Position numbers and translations under genes: made by a program. This document shows positions 52,198 through 64,000 of a stretch of DNA of 64,000 nucleotides, piece by piece (the stretch's first letter is position 1; each line of letters opens with the position of its first letter). The stretch is from the NCBI RefSeq assembly GCF_006345805.1, contig NC_043003.1, positions 79,422,001-79,486,000 on the forward strand, in the 5' to 3' direction. This DNA is from Octopus sinensis. Its lineage: Eukaryota. Under the pieces are notes generated by a model. The model saw nothing but the letters and a program-made list of their open reading frames with translations, did not search any database and was not told the origin of the DNA.

Positions 52198-52330
52198 TTA
52201 TATATATATAATATATATATAATATATATATAACGGGAAGCTTTATGAAAATAAACAAAAGACGAAGGCAGGTGGAAAACAAACGAACAATTGTATTAGT
52301 ATGGCGCTCAGGAAATATAAATAAAACAAG

Positions 52331-52368
52331 TCTTTAACGTTTCGAGCCTACGCTCTTCAACAGAAAGA
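52331..52368 (-). ncRNA. Minimal hammerhead ribozyme motif, CUGUUGA variant (family Y), in PLE 3' region
   Basis: Minus strand TCTTT-CTGTTGAA-GAGC-GTAG-GCTC-GAAA-CGT-T-AAAGA. Confidence 0.7.
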
Positions 52369-53216
52369 TACACAGAGAGAGAAAAACACAGAAAGAAGGA
52401 GAGAAAAAAAATGCGTGCAGTAGCTAACGAATCAACATGGCGATCTGATTTCGGCCAGAGGTCAAAGATCAAACATGAGACGCGAGAGCGAAATAAGGGG
52501 AGATAATAGGGTTGAGGGACCAGCTAAAAGTGCGTTGGAGGGGTCTGGATGTGTGTATGTATAGGGTTGGTGTATGTATTAGTATGTATAAGGGTGTGTG
52601 TGTGTGTGTGTGTGTGTGTATGAGAGAGTATTAGTGCGTAGGATTGGTCTGGACGTGCGTATGTATGGGGTTGGTGTATGTATTAGTATGTATTAGTATG
52701 TATTAGTTAGTATGTATTGGTATGTATAGGTGTGTGTGTGTGTGTGAGAGAGTATAAGTGCGTATGCGGGGTCTGGACGTGTGTATGTATAGGGTTGGTG
52801 TAAGTATTAGTATGTACTAGTATGTATTAGTACGTATTAGTATGTATTAGTTGGTGTGTGTATTAGTATGGCACATCATATGTGATGTGATGTGTAAAGT
52901 CATGTGGTGTAGTGAGGAAGAGGGGGAGGGGGAGAAGAGGGGGGGATAGAAGGGGAGGAGAAGAGGGGGAGGAGAAGGGGGAAGAGGAGAGGATGGGAGA
53001 AGGAAGGGAGGAGGGGGATGAAGGAGGAAAGAGGGAGAGGGGGAGAGAGAGGGGAGAGAGAAGGGGAGAGAGAGGGGAGGGAGGGAGTGAGGGAGCAGAG
53101 GGAGGGGAAGAGAGGAGAGAGGGAAGAAGGGAAGGGGAGTAGGGGTGAAAGGATGAAGGACTGAAGAAGTAGAGGTCGGGGGGAAAAAGGATAGGTGAGG
53201 AGGGGGAGGGGAGGGG

Positions 53217-53730
53217 TTAGATGAGGAGGGGGGGAGAGTTGAGACCAAATGGCGTATAAGAGCGAAGAGAGAAGATTAATTCCTGTTCACGGCGCAAACG
53301 GGAATCCGGATGGCCTCTGTGTAAGGACAAACCGAACACAGATAGGTGTTGCAAGGAGTGACCAGTGGAGCGGAAATGGCGTGAGACCGGTGTGTCGTTC
53401 GCAAGGTGGATGTCACGAAGGTGTTCCGCGAACCGGTCAGCCAAGCGGCGTCCCGTTTGTCCGATGTACAAGGAATTGCAGAGAGAGCAAGAGATGCAAT
53501 AGATAATATTGCTGGAGGTGCAGGTGAAGGAGTGGATGATGGGATAGGGTCGATGGTGGGTGCTAGTGAGGCGGGTGGTGTTGGAGAGGTAAGGGCAAGT
53601 GCGGCAACGTGGGCGGGAGCAGGGGAACGAGCCGGGTTGGGAGGTAGGGTCAGGGAAGGAGCTATGGACCAAAAGGTCTCGAAGGTTGTGGGCTCGTTTG
53701 AAAGAGGGGAGGGGTCGGTTAGGGAAGATG
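53217..53730 (-). CDS. PLE GIY-YIG endonuclease domain (fragment of RT-EN ORF, no true start)
   Basis: FKRAHNLRDLLVHS linker, CSRPRCRTC Zn motif, FTCTSSNIIYCISCSLCNSLYIGQTGRRLADRFAEH..VSRHF..RLRREQELIFSL..PFGLN; frame open to the stop. Confidence 0.9.
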
Positions 53731-53758
53731 TGGCAACATTTGAAATGTTGTCGAGGTA

Positions 53759-53832
53759 TATGTTGGCTGATGAAGATAAATCAAGTATATGTGTGCAGAC
53801 ATATCTTGACAAATTTGAAACCGGTACCACAT
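53759..53832 (+). ncRNA. Hammerhead ribozyme motif with long helix II (family Z)
   Basis: ATGTTGG-CTGATGAA-[GAT..TCAAGTATATGT/ACATATCTTGA..ATTT]-GAAA-CCGG-TA-CCACAT: helix I ATGT(T)GG/CCACAT, palindromic helix III ACCGGT, GUA triplet. Confidence 0.75.
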
Positions 53833-54023
53833 TATCCCTTTCTAGGTATTTCATCTTTCAGATGTTCTCCCTGGAAATAAGACAATTTTTTTCAAGTTTG
53901 TTGCACACACGCATTTTTGCTAGTACATACGCAGTGAAGCTATACATTAGCGTCGTATTTATTACGTTCGCTATTTTCCAGTAAATATCGGTACTTCGTT
54001 GTACCATTTATTTGCTTTTATGT

Positions 54024-54064
<41 letters not shown>

Positions 54065-54065
<1 letters not shown>

Positions 54066-54472
54066 GCGCAGGAGTAACTGTGTGGTAAGTAGCTTGCTTA
54101 CCAACCGCATGGTTCCGGGTTCAGTCCCACTGCGTGGCACCTTGGGCAAGTGTCTTCTACTATAGCCTCGGGCCGACCAAAGCCTTGTGAGTGAATTTGG
54201 TAGACGGAAACTGAAAGAAGCCTGTCGTATATATGTATATTTATCTATATGTATGTGTGTATTTGTGTGTCTGTGTTTGCCCCCCTAGCATTGCTTGACG
54301 ACCGATGCTGGTGTGTTTACGTCCCCGTTACTTAGCGGTTCGGCAAAAGAGACCGATAGAATAAGTACTGGGCTTACAAAGAATAAGTCCCGGGGTCGAT
54401 TTGCTCGACTAAAGGCGGTGCTCCAGCATGGCCGCAGTCAAATGACTGAAACAAGTAAAAGAGTAAAAGAGT
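54065..54472 (+). mobile_element. SINE family A, full length, CpG-rich (young)
   Basis: Closest to the family consensus by eye. Confidence 0.92.
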
Positions 54473-55022
54473 ATATATATATTTATATATATATATATAC
54501 ACACACATACATATAAGGGTGCGTATCTATATAAAAAGCATGCGTGGGTGTATTCGTATATTCTTTGTATTGTATTCATGTATAACTGGTTTCAAGTACA
54601 CTTGAATTACACGAAAGCATGGAAGCTTAGCGTAAAACGATATCTGTGAGTATATATTTGTTTCTTTCAAGCATGCATACATGAATGTAGGTAGTAACAT
54701 GCATGAATGCATCAACGGACAGGGCCATTGAAAGGTGGGTGGTCCAGAATGTTTATCAGTCCAGGTCTCTGTAAATTTTTGACAGAGGTGGTTCGGAGAA
54801 GCACACTCCTCTTCCACTTCCCAGCTAGAGCTTGAAAGCAAACTCGTTCCGTCTCGCAAATTTTCTCTCGGGCTGGTGAGGGAAACGATCCTGCCCACGC
54901 ATGTATATATATAAACATATATATATACATACTCAATGTAAAATAATATACACTATTTTATATTGAGAATATGTTGTCTATTGACTTTTGAAATTTCTAA
55001 AAATATTCACCACCCTATATAT

Positions 55023-55097
<75 letters not shown>

Positions 55098-55408
55098 TAT
55101 ATATACATACATTAATACACACACACACAAACACACATATATATGCATACACGTGTAGCGGTAGCTAGATAGTTGAATGATCTCTCTTGTAAGAAAGAAC
55201 ATAGAGTAACTTCCCTTTCTAAGTTTCTTGAAGCATCTGTGTCATGACACCTGATTCTTAATTATTCAAGAAGCTTTGGGCAAGAGACTTCTGTTAAAGC
55301 CGCGGGCCTACAAATGTCTTGTGAGTGAATACCGTAGACAAAAACTGTGTAGAAGCTCTTAGCGCACATACACACGCGCACACACATATAGGTACACACA
55401 CACATACA

Positions 55409-55442
<34 letters not shown>

Positions 55443-58279
55443 GATATATGTATATATAAGGTCATGGTTGGGTATAAAGGTAGAGTATTTCCAAAGAAGC
55501 ACTCAACCTGAGTTCTCAGTTATGAACACTGTCGGATTCCAGCCAAAAACCGAAATTCTTCAGATGCAGAAAATCCTGGTTTCATGACGGTAAAACCATT
55601 GTGTGGAAGAGTAAAATATTAGCGAAGTGTAAAATATAATTCAAATAAAAAGACAAAGAAATTAAAGTGTCAAAGTATTTCTTTGGATTATGAATATGTG
55701 TGCGTGTGTGTGTGTGCGTCTACTCCCAGCACCACTTAACAACTTAGATAACTTAGCGATTTGGCAAAAGAAACCGATAGAATAAGTACCAGAGTTTAAA
55801 AATAATAAGTACTGGAGTTTGTTCGACTAAAAGCGGTGCTCCAGTATGGCCGCAGTCCAATGACTAAAACAAGTATTAAGTAATAAGAAAAAAAACAAGT
55901 AATAAGGAAAAAATTGTAATCTACGCTCTTGGAAATGTGTCCCTGCAAAATTTCACTTAAAAATATGCCTTTTTCACAAAGTTATGAGGAAACAAAGTCA
56001 CCAGCCTGTAATTATGCCGATAGCTTTGACGTCTTTGCACGCAAAATCGTTAGATCATCGATATAATTTCAAATAACGCTGAGACCAACTTTGCCTTTCA
56101 TCCTCCCATGATAAATAAGTAATCTATCAGGTATTAGGTCAATGTAATATGACCTATAAAACATCGTACCTCAGGTCAGTTCTGATCGAGCTGACCTATG
56201 ATCAAAGTCCATACTAGCTGTAAACATTCTTTTCTTAGGTGCTGGAATCAATGTAGGGGCACTCAGAGCTAATGCTTATCTCTGTATATAGTGGTTACTT
56301 ATGTAGAAGTCTCTGAGTATTGTTTTGCCTAGGCGGAGGAGTACTATAACATTGTTAAGGCGGCCCAATCCAGGACTACATTAACCAACCTGTTTTTTTT
56401 CCTAAGACAGTGGGGGATATGAGTTGAGAGGGATTTGGGTGCTATTTCTAGGAGATTGAGCAACCACGGACAGGCTTCCTTCGTTGGAAGTTAAGCATTG
56501 TAATCGATATAATCAGCTGCTCCCTTCTCCTAAATATGTGGCCTTGTGCTAAATCAAGACATTTGTCATAAAAATCGCTTGTTCGCTATTTCTTAAACGA
56601 CAATATTTATATATATTTCATGCCGACTTTAACCACAGTCGGGCTATATAAGCAATGCTGTCTATAAAGGTATTGATTTACTGAACAGTTGTTCCGGGAG
56701 GGTGGAATTGCATAAGCCTAGGAAGCCCGGTGCTAATTTACGTGTTCTGTAACTGTGAATGTAGAGGGCATAGTGCGTTTTTACTTTGCCCGGCGGCCTA
56801 CAACACGGAGAAAACGGTCTCGAGTATAAGCATTATATGTATTATAATATAAACAAAACAACACGAAACAAGAAATAAAGGAAGGGTGGGGCTTTCATAT
56901 AAATGAAATTTCGACTTCCCTACCAACTTTTAACAAATAGCAGGGGGCGGAAAATATGCTTCTAGTACAAGCGTATTATGGTTCAAATGCAGAACGATGT
57001 TGAGTAACGGGTCGTTTAAATCGAGCCAGTACTCAACTAGTATTTTTTTGATTTTTGTTTCTCGTATTAATATTTGATAAGAAAAGAAAATCGTCTGCAA
57101 AATCATAAAATGCTTTTTCAGGAAGAGAGCCTTTCCTTTCAATTTCTGTTTGTTGTTCTTTAAATGCCATATTTTCTCATATGCATAGTGTGAGAAATTT
57201 AATATAAAACTTCAGTATCAAAATTGGGGCACTTATATAAAAATAACAAACACGCAAACAAAAAAAAGCAAAAGAGATAGTATAAAATATAATGCTGGAT
57301 TTTAGGTAGAGTGGGATCGCATTTTACTCGCAATCGCACAGTAGCTAGAGAAAATATGTTAATGCAAGTTAAACAAGGAAAAGGAATACACAAACCTTGT
57401 TATTGCTTGTTTAGTATATTTCCTTTTTGTATGTAAATCATTTACGAAAATACCTTACTTGTTTGAGTCAGATTAAATATATTTGTTCTAGTTTCTCTAT
57501 CGGTTCATGAACATATATGTGTATGTGGTAATGCGTGTTTGTATTTATGTATTTTGGGAAGTCGGGGAGGTAAATGTTATGATTTTTAAATAAAGTTATA
57601 GACAACTTTTCGGAAATGAGACAGAAAATAATTCCAACGTGACTTTTGTATTGCAGACAGGAAAAAACCCCCAAAAAAACCAAAAAACAACCAGACATCA
57701 ACAGAATGCAAAAGAAAAATAAGGAAACAATAAAATCCAACTTACATTATAATCAACAAGTACGAAGATTTCAGCAACTAACTACACAACACGTTATTAT
57801 ATGTATGTGTGCGGACGTATATTCATATATATATATATATATGTTTGTGTGTGTTTGTATGTATATATATATGTATATGTGTGTTAGTGTGAGGTTGTTG
57901 TTGGTCTAGTATAAGCGGCAAACTCTCACCACATATTCCTGTAATCCGAAATCACACACGGCTTACGAAATTCTTTGTGCATGGTAAAGCAAACTTCAAA
58001 TTTCAGAATATTTTTAACACGGAACGAATGCTCACTTTTATAGTTTTGAAAACTTTTACTAACTTTCACTACTTCTATTTCTCACTACCCTCTTTCTCTC
58101 TCTTTGTTTGTTACACATTTTCGTCTATTCCTACCGCCTGTTTGTCTGTCTGTCACTCACTCACTCGCTCACTCTAACTCTCTCTCTCAATGTAAATATA
58201 TTCTCTCTCACTTTCTTTCTATCCATTTCTTTCCCACTCGAACTGGTTTTCCCTCCTTTTTCCCTTCGGTTTTTTCTTC

Positions 58280-58470
58280 CTACCTATTTCTCCCTCACTC
58301 TACTCTGTCTTTCTATCATTTCTCTGTCACTCTACTCTGTCTTTCTATCATTTCTCTGTCACTCTACTCTGTCTTTCTATCATTTCTCTGTCACTCTACT
58401 CTGTCTTTCTACCTATTTCTCCCTCACTCAACTCTGTCTTTCTATCATTTCTCTGTCACTCTCTTTCTAT
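58280..58470. repeat. 32-bp pyrimidine-rich minisatellite
   Basis: CTATCATTTCTCTGTCACTCTACTCTGTCTTT at 58313, 58345, 58377 and variants. Confidence 0.9.
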
Positions 58471-59275
58471 CCATTTCTTACTCTGCTCTGTCCGTTACTC
58501 TGCCTGTATGTCTCTCTCTCTCTCTCTCTCTCCTCTCTCTCACACTCGCTCTCACTTCGCTTCTTTCTGTCTGTCTCTCTCTTTCTGTCTGTCTCTCTTA
58601 TTCACTGCTGTAAGATGTTTAAAACCTGAGAGCTATTTTTCCACGCAGACCTTCTCTCTTCACTTCGTTTTTTTTTCACACTCCAGTTTGTGTTAGTTTA
58701 TTAAGTTAAAACGGAAGTTATGCATACGATAAAGCAAGAAACAATGAAAAAGAAACAAACAAAAAAAAAAGGACGAGAGAAGGAAAGAAGGTGAAACTAT
58801 GAGAATGTGGAGGGAAGGAGGTTGTTACTAAATAACTTTAAGGAACTTTTACGAAAGAATTTCCCAAAATGAAAATTAAAGCATAAATAAATAAATAAAA
58901 ACAAAAAACAAAGCAAGAAAAAGGAAGCATTTTAGATAGTGTGCGAAAGAATATATTAAGTAAGGAAAGTTGTGGAAAGAGAAAGGTACATTAAACAGAA
59001 TATACTGTTATTGCTTCTCATGGGGGTTACTCCTGTTTATCAAGGGCATTCACTTCTGTTATGACTATTCCATCATCATCATCATCGTCATATTAAGCGT
59101 GTGTGTGGTTGTGTGGTAGGGAGGGACAGTATCTAAAGTATCCTCCCTTTTATTTTCGTTGTGTGATGCTATTTCATGCATAAGAAAGGACCACTTCGGG
59201 GCTTATCCAGCGACACGGTGAAAATGCTAAATCAGGAGATGATGAAAGAGATATATGAAAAAAGGGGATGACACT

Positions 59276-59311
<36 letters not shown>

Positions 59312-59314
59312 TGT

Positions 59315-59355
<41 letters not shown>

Positions 59356-59419
59356 AAGAGAAAGAGAGAGAGAGAATATGTGTGTGTGTATGTATGTGTG
59401 TGTGTATGTGTGTGTGTGT

Positions 59420-59756
59420 GAAGGCCCATGGTTTAGTGGTTAGAGCGTCGAGCTTACGATCGTGAGGTTGTGAGTTCGATTCCCGTACCGAGCTGTGAGT
59501 TGTGTTCTTGAGCAAGGCACTTTATTTCACGTTGCTCCAGTTAACTCAGCTGTAGAAATGAGATACGACATCACTAGTGCCAAGCTGTATCGGCCCCTTT
59601 GCCTTTCCTTTGGATAACATCAGTGGTGTGGAAAGGGGTGGCTGGTATGCTTGGGCAACTGCTGGCCTTCCACAAACAATCTTACCCTGACTTGTGCCTC
59701 GGAGGGTAACTTTCTAGGTGCAATCCCATGGTCATTCATGACCGAAGGGGGTTTCC
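59420..59756 (+). mobile_element. SINE family D
   Basis: TGGTTTAGTGG A box, GAGTTCGATTCCC B box; homologous to 25012-25349. Confidence 0.87.
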
Positions 59757-59766
59757 TCCTCCTCCT

Positions 59767-59807
<41 letters not shown>

Positions 59808-60024
59808 TAGGTGTGGCTGTGTGGTAAGAAGTTTGCTTCCCAAACACATGGTTTCCGGGTTCAGTCCCACCTTGGTCAGGTGTCTTCTATTATAACCTTG
59901 GGCTGACCAAAACCTTGTGAGTGGATTTGCTCTGAAAGAAGCCCGTCATATATATCTTTTACTTGTTTCAATTAGACAGGCCATGCTGGAACACCGCGTT
60001 ATTTGAGTGTGTGTGTGTATACAT

Positions 60025-60510
60025 ACGTAGTCTTATCAATATGTATACGGACTGTTGCTATAGTAACGAAGCTAAAGCATGCAGAGTAAAGCCGCTTGGC
60101 ACAGATTGACCTTGAACTCTGCTGTGCATGCGTACTAAGTTTTAACCTTCTAGCTCACTCACGCTGTATACAACATTGCTTTGAAGGAAGATGTGTAGTG
60201 TGTGATCGTCGCATTGATTAGAACAGAATGAATCTGCATCAAATTTTGCCAAAAGCTTGGCGATGCTTGTTCTGAGGCCTACGTAAAGTTTTTAAAAAGT
60301 TTTCATCGTTTTCGAACACAATCAAGGACATCTTGTGCAACTGAAACCCGAGTGTTCTTTTAGTCAGCTGAAAGCAGTTTTGACACAAACTTAGCAGACA
60401 TGCGTCTCATACCCAAATTTTCAGTGATGATGGATTGAACTGAACCGTAACTAATCTGCACATTCTCCGATAACTCACGGATGGTGATATATTGAGTAAG
60501 CTCAAACATA
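60025..60510. mobile_element. mariner-like remnant with internal inversion
   Basis: Plus strand ICIKFCQKLGDACSEAY (transposase start); minus strand ITIRELSENVQISYGSVQSIITENLGMRRMSAKFVSKLLS (second HTH and linker). Confidence 0.75.
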
Positions 60511-60644
60511 TTCTTCAGGTGCAAATACATATCATAAAGAACTAAAGAAATTGAATAATAGAAGAAACGCGAAGTTCCGGGGATGTAAACGCACCAACAC
60601 CGGTTGTCAAGCGCTGGTGGAGGACAATCACAGATACACACATG

Positions 60645-60765
<121 letters not shown>

Positions 60766-60929
60766 TTTTACTTATATATAAAATTCTATAGCTTTCAATT
60801 GCATATCTTTTACTTTTTTATATTTATATATAATTCTTATATACATTTGCAAATCATATAACGTACTTTTCTTTTCTTTCTTTTTTTCATGTATGAATGA
60901 GCTACTCCGCGTCGGAAACTGGAGTGATA

Positions 60930-63900
60930 TTTGATTACTTTACATAGTGTTTGAGTGTCGGTTTGGTGTCTGGAATGGGATAGCTTACCTCCTGGGCAGG
61001 TAGAAGCTATTCAACCTTGGTTGGTAAAATACCAAGAAAGAAATCTTCGAAATAAAACCTGAGGCCTTGGAAGTTCCTGGTTTTGTCAATTTTCATGTCA
61101 CACCAGCGGAAGTCTTCTTGGGCCAATAGGTAGGGGTAGGGCAGGCTACACCCACTGAAAATTATTCATCTGCACAGGTACTTCCTGTACACCAAATCTT
61201 AGTAAAATCATTCAATTGGCTGGTTGGCAGAAACCTAACAATGCACTTGTAACTTTCTCTAAAATGTCTCAAAAAAATGGCAAAAAAAAAACTTGGGAAC
61301 ATCAGGGGAACAGGTGTGGCTCAGCAGGTGCCCCAGTGTATCACTGTGGTCAAACAATCTTCATGAAAAAGTTAAAAAAAAAAACATCCTATGAATTTTG
61401 GCTGTTGGAATGTGTGCACGTTTCTTGATGATGATTTCAACAAGAGACCAGAAAGGCGTACTGCACTTATTGCATGCGAGCTTAAGAAATATTCATTTAA
61501 TATAGTTGCGCACTCTGAAACTCGTCTCTCTGGTGAGGGCCAAGTAAATGAACCTAATTATTGATATGCAATATTTTGGAGAGGCCTACCTAAGGGTCAG
61601 CGTAGAGAATCTCGTGTTGGGCTTGCTCTCAAGAATACATTAGTATCCTCCATTGCAGAGCTTCCAAGTGGTATATCTGAAAGGATCATGTCATGCCGAA
61701 TTAAACTGATAGATTTCTGATAGATGTCATGCCGAATTAAACTGGTAGATTTCTTACCGTTGTTAGTATTTATGCACCAACAATGTCCCATTGTAGGACA
61801 GTTTTATGATGATCTGGCACAATTATTGAGCAAAGTACCTATTTCTGACAAGCTGATCATATTGGGAGATTTCAATGCAAGGGTTGGAAAGAACTATGTT
61901 TCATAGCCTGTTTTAGATCGACATGGGATTGGAAAATGTAATAAAGATGGAGTAGCTCTTTTGACGTTTTGTACTGAGAATAATCTGGTTGTCACCAACA
62001 CGCTGTTTAAGCAGAAAAATAAATATAAAACCACCAGGATGCACCCAAGATCTAAGCACTGGCATCTCATAGATTATATTCTGATCAGAAAATGTTTCTA
62101 GCGTTCGGGCCATGAGAAGGACAGAGAGCTGAACTGACCACCTAGTGCGTGGAAAAATAGATTTTTTGATAATGCCTAAAAATCAACAGTCTGGTTCTAA
62201 GGTACCCAAAAAGTTAAATGTTTCAAACTTTAAATTATCAAACAACTTGCAAAGATTCCACGATGTTATAGAAAGTATAAATCTTGACCCAAACAATCTA
62301 TGGGAAGATTTCAAAACAAAAGTATTTCAGGCTGCATGTTCGTCAGTGGGATTTGAATCACATAAGTCCAGTGGCTGGTTCTCAGATAGATCAGCAGAAA
62401 TTCATGATCTACTTTTAGAAAAACAAAACTTAGGTAATACACTTCTTAAGGCGGCGAACTGGCAGAAACGTTAGCACGCCGTGCGAAATGCGTAGCCGTA
62501 TTTCGTCTGCCGCTACGTTCTGAGTTCAAATTCCGCCGAGGTCGACTTTGCCTTTCATCCTTTCGGGGTCGATAAATTAAGGACCAGTTACGCACTGGGG
62601 TCGATATAATCCGTTTGTCTGCTCTTGTTTGTTCTCTCTGTGTTTAGCCCCTTGTGGGTAGTAAATACACTTCTTTCTCTGTCCTTGAACCTCAACTCAC
62701 ACGAAGCTCACAGAAAGCTGAAAAGGAAAGTGCAGACTGCTCTAAGGGAAATTAAACAGGAATGGTGGAATGATAGAACAAAAGAGGCACACGAAGCAAC
62801 TGATAGAAATGATGCCAAAGGTTTGTACTCTTATGTTAAGGAGGTATATGTCCCAAAATCTTCAATAGCTCCAGTGAGAACAGCACATGGACATTTGTTT
62901 CTGACTGACACCGCTTCTATTCATAAGCACTGGGTAGAACATTTTTCTGCACTTTTGAATAGACGATCATCCGCTGACATGAGGACGATAGAAAAAATTG
63001 AAAACCTTCCAGTTATAGAAGAGACAGCATTTGAACCAATTCTAAATGACATTTATTTAGCCGTGAATAAGTTGAATAACAATAAGTCTACAGGGTCTGA
63101 TGCAATCTGTGCAGAAGTCTTGAAATATGGGGATGACAAAATGTTTGAACTCTTAAATATATTAATTTGTCACTGTTGGAGAACTGATAAACTGCCTCAA
63201 GACTGGATTGATACCATTTTAGTCTCCTTGTATAAATCGGGGTCAAAGGATCTGTGAGGTAATTTTCGTAGGATTTCGCTTTTGTCTGTGGTTGGAAAGG
63301 TACTTGCCCACATTTTGCTAGAACGTTTAAATACCTTTATAGGTCCAAGTAAGGTGTCTGAGTCTCAGTGTGGTTTTCGTTCCTCCAGGGGCACATCTGA
63401 TTGTATCTTTACTGTCAGACAATTAAAGAAAAGTGCATTGAACAGAATCTTGCTCTATACTATTGCTTTGTTGATTTGAGCGAAGCATTCGATACTGTTA
63501 ATCGAATCTAAGGAAAATAGGTTGCCCAGAAAAATTTGTAAACATGATCAGGACTTTGCATAAGGATATGAAAGCTACAGTTATCTTTGGTGGTAGGCTC
63601 TCTGAATCTTTTGCCGTGGAAAATGGAGTAAAGCAAAGTGACCTTGACACACCACCCTCTTTGCAATATACTTTGCTGAGGAGGGTATTTACATAAAATA
63701 TCGAACAAGAGGGAATGGTTTTAATCTGACCAGACTGAAATTCAAGACGAAGGTTTTTACTTCACTCATTAGGGAACTTTTGTACGCTGACGATTGCGAT
63801 CTTGTCAGTCATTCTGAAACAGGTCTGCAATCTCTTGTATCTGCATTTGACTCGACTTATGATGATTTTGGCTTGACCATCAACTTGAAAAAACAGTTGT

Positions 63901-64000
63901 AATGCATCAACCTGTGTGTGGTGCTGTTTGTAACCCTCACTAAATTTTTTGTTAAGGGTAAGTTACTTGAGGTTGTCGATTCGCTTATCTACCTTGGAAG
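60930..64000 (+). mobile_element. RTE-clade LINE (5' UTR, APE, RT), decayed; runs off window end
   Basis: From 61391: FGCWNV..RPERRTALIA..SETRL..ILGDFNARVG..MHPRSKHWHLIDYIL; RT: NFRRISLLSVVGK..ESQCGFRSSRGTSD..KAFDTVNR..NGVKQ..ELLYADD. Many stops and frameshifts; local ~35-bp duplication at 61688-61755. Confidence 0.93.
62448..62663 (+). mobile_element. SINE family B inserted in the RTE LINE
   Basis: TSD AATACACTTCTT at 62436-62447 and 62664-62675. Confidence 0.9.

Larger units (their letters stand above)
52231..53755 (-). mobile_element. 5'-truncated Penelope-like element (EN domain + 3' UTR)
   Basis: GIY-YIG ORF, pyrimidine-rich tract, three ~105-120-bp tandem repeats (52529, 52634, 52757), hammerhead motif, T-rich end joined to (TA)n. 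Confidence 0.85.

Noticed and set aside
53406-53984. 192-aa ORFs overlapping the GIY-YIG region
   Set aside because: Antisense or alternative-frame shadows of the GC-rich PLE ORF; no recognisable domain.
56600-58000. CpG-containing unique region as a second promoter or exon
   Set aside because: No ORF, splice pair or motif strong enough to support a call.
58104-58696. Hydrophobic ~170-aa ORFs
   Set aside because: Derived from the 32-bp CT-rich minisatellite and (CT)n.

Overview
AT-rich, repeat-saturated eukaryotic genomic DNA. The SINE families and microsatellite load resemble Octopus (inference from recalled repeat sequences, not a database hit). I find no intact host protein-coding gene, rRNA, tRNA gene or CRISPR array. 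Most ORFs in the track are microsatellite or SINE artefacts. Contents: (i) four tRNA-derived SINE families plus one tail-only family, labelled A-E here; (ii) decayed LINE fragments (several RTE-clade, including a 3 kb APE+RT copy at the right edge, and one CR1-like 3' end); (iii) Tc1/mariner and Helitron remnants, and hAT-, piggyBac- and pogo-like MITEs; (iv) a Penelope-like element (PLE) GIY-YIG fragment. Most notable: five minimal hammerhead-ribozyme motifs in three sequence families (40.1, 40.3, 50.8, 52.3, 53.8 kb), all with an extra A after the CUGANGA box and a palindromic helix III, in short elements ending in microsatellite; a 184-bp head-to-tail SINE concatemer whose exact junction recurs at other loci; a 265-bp GC-rich near-perfect palindrome able to form a T-shaped end; shared SINE/LINE 3' tails; and an apparent CpG-depletion boundary near 28-29 kb suggesting a gene body to the left. 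Boundaries were read by eye and are approximate unless a target-site duplication (TSD) or terminal inverted repeat (TIR) is quoted.
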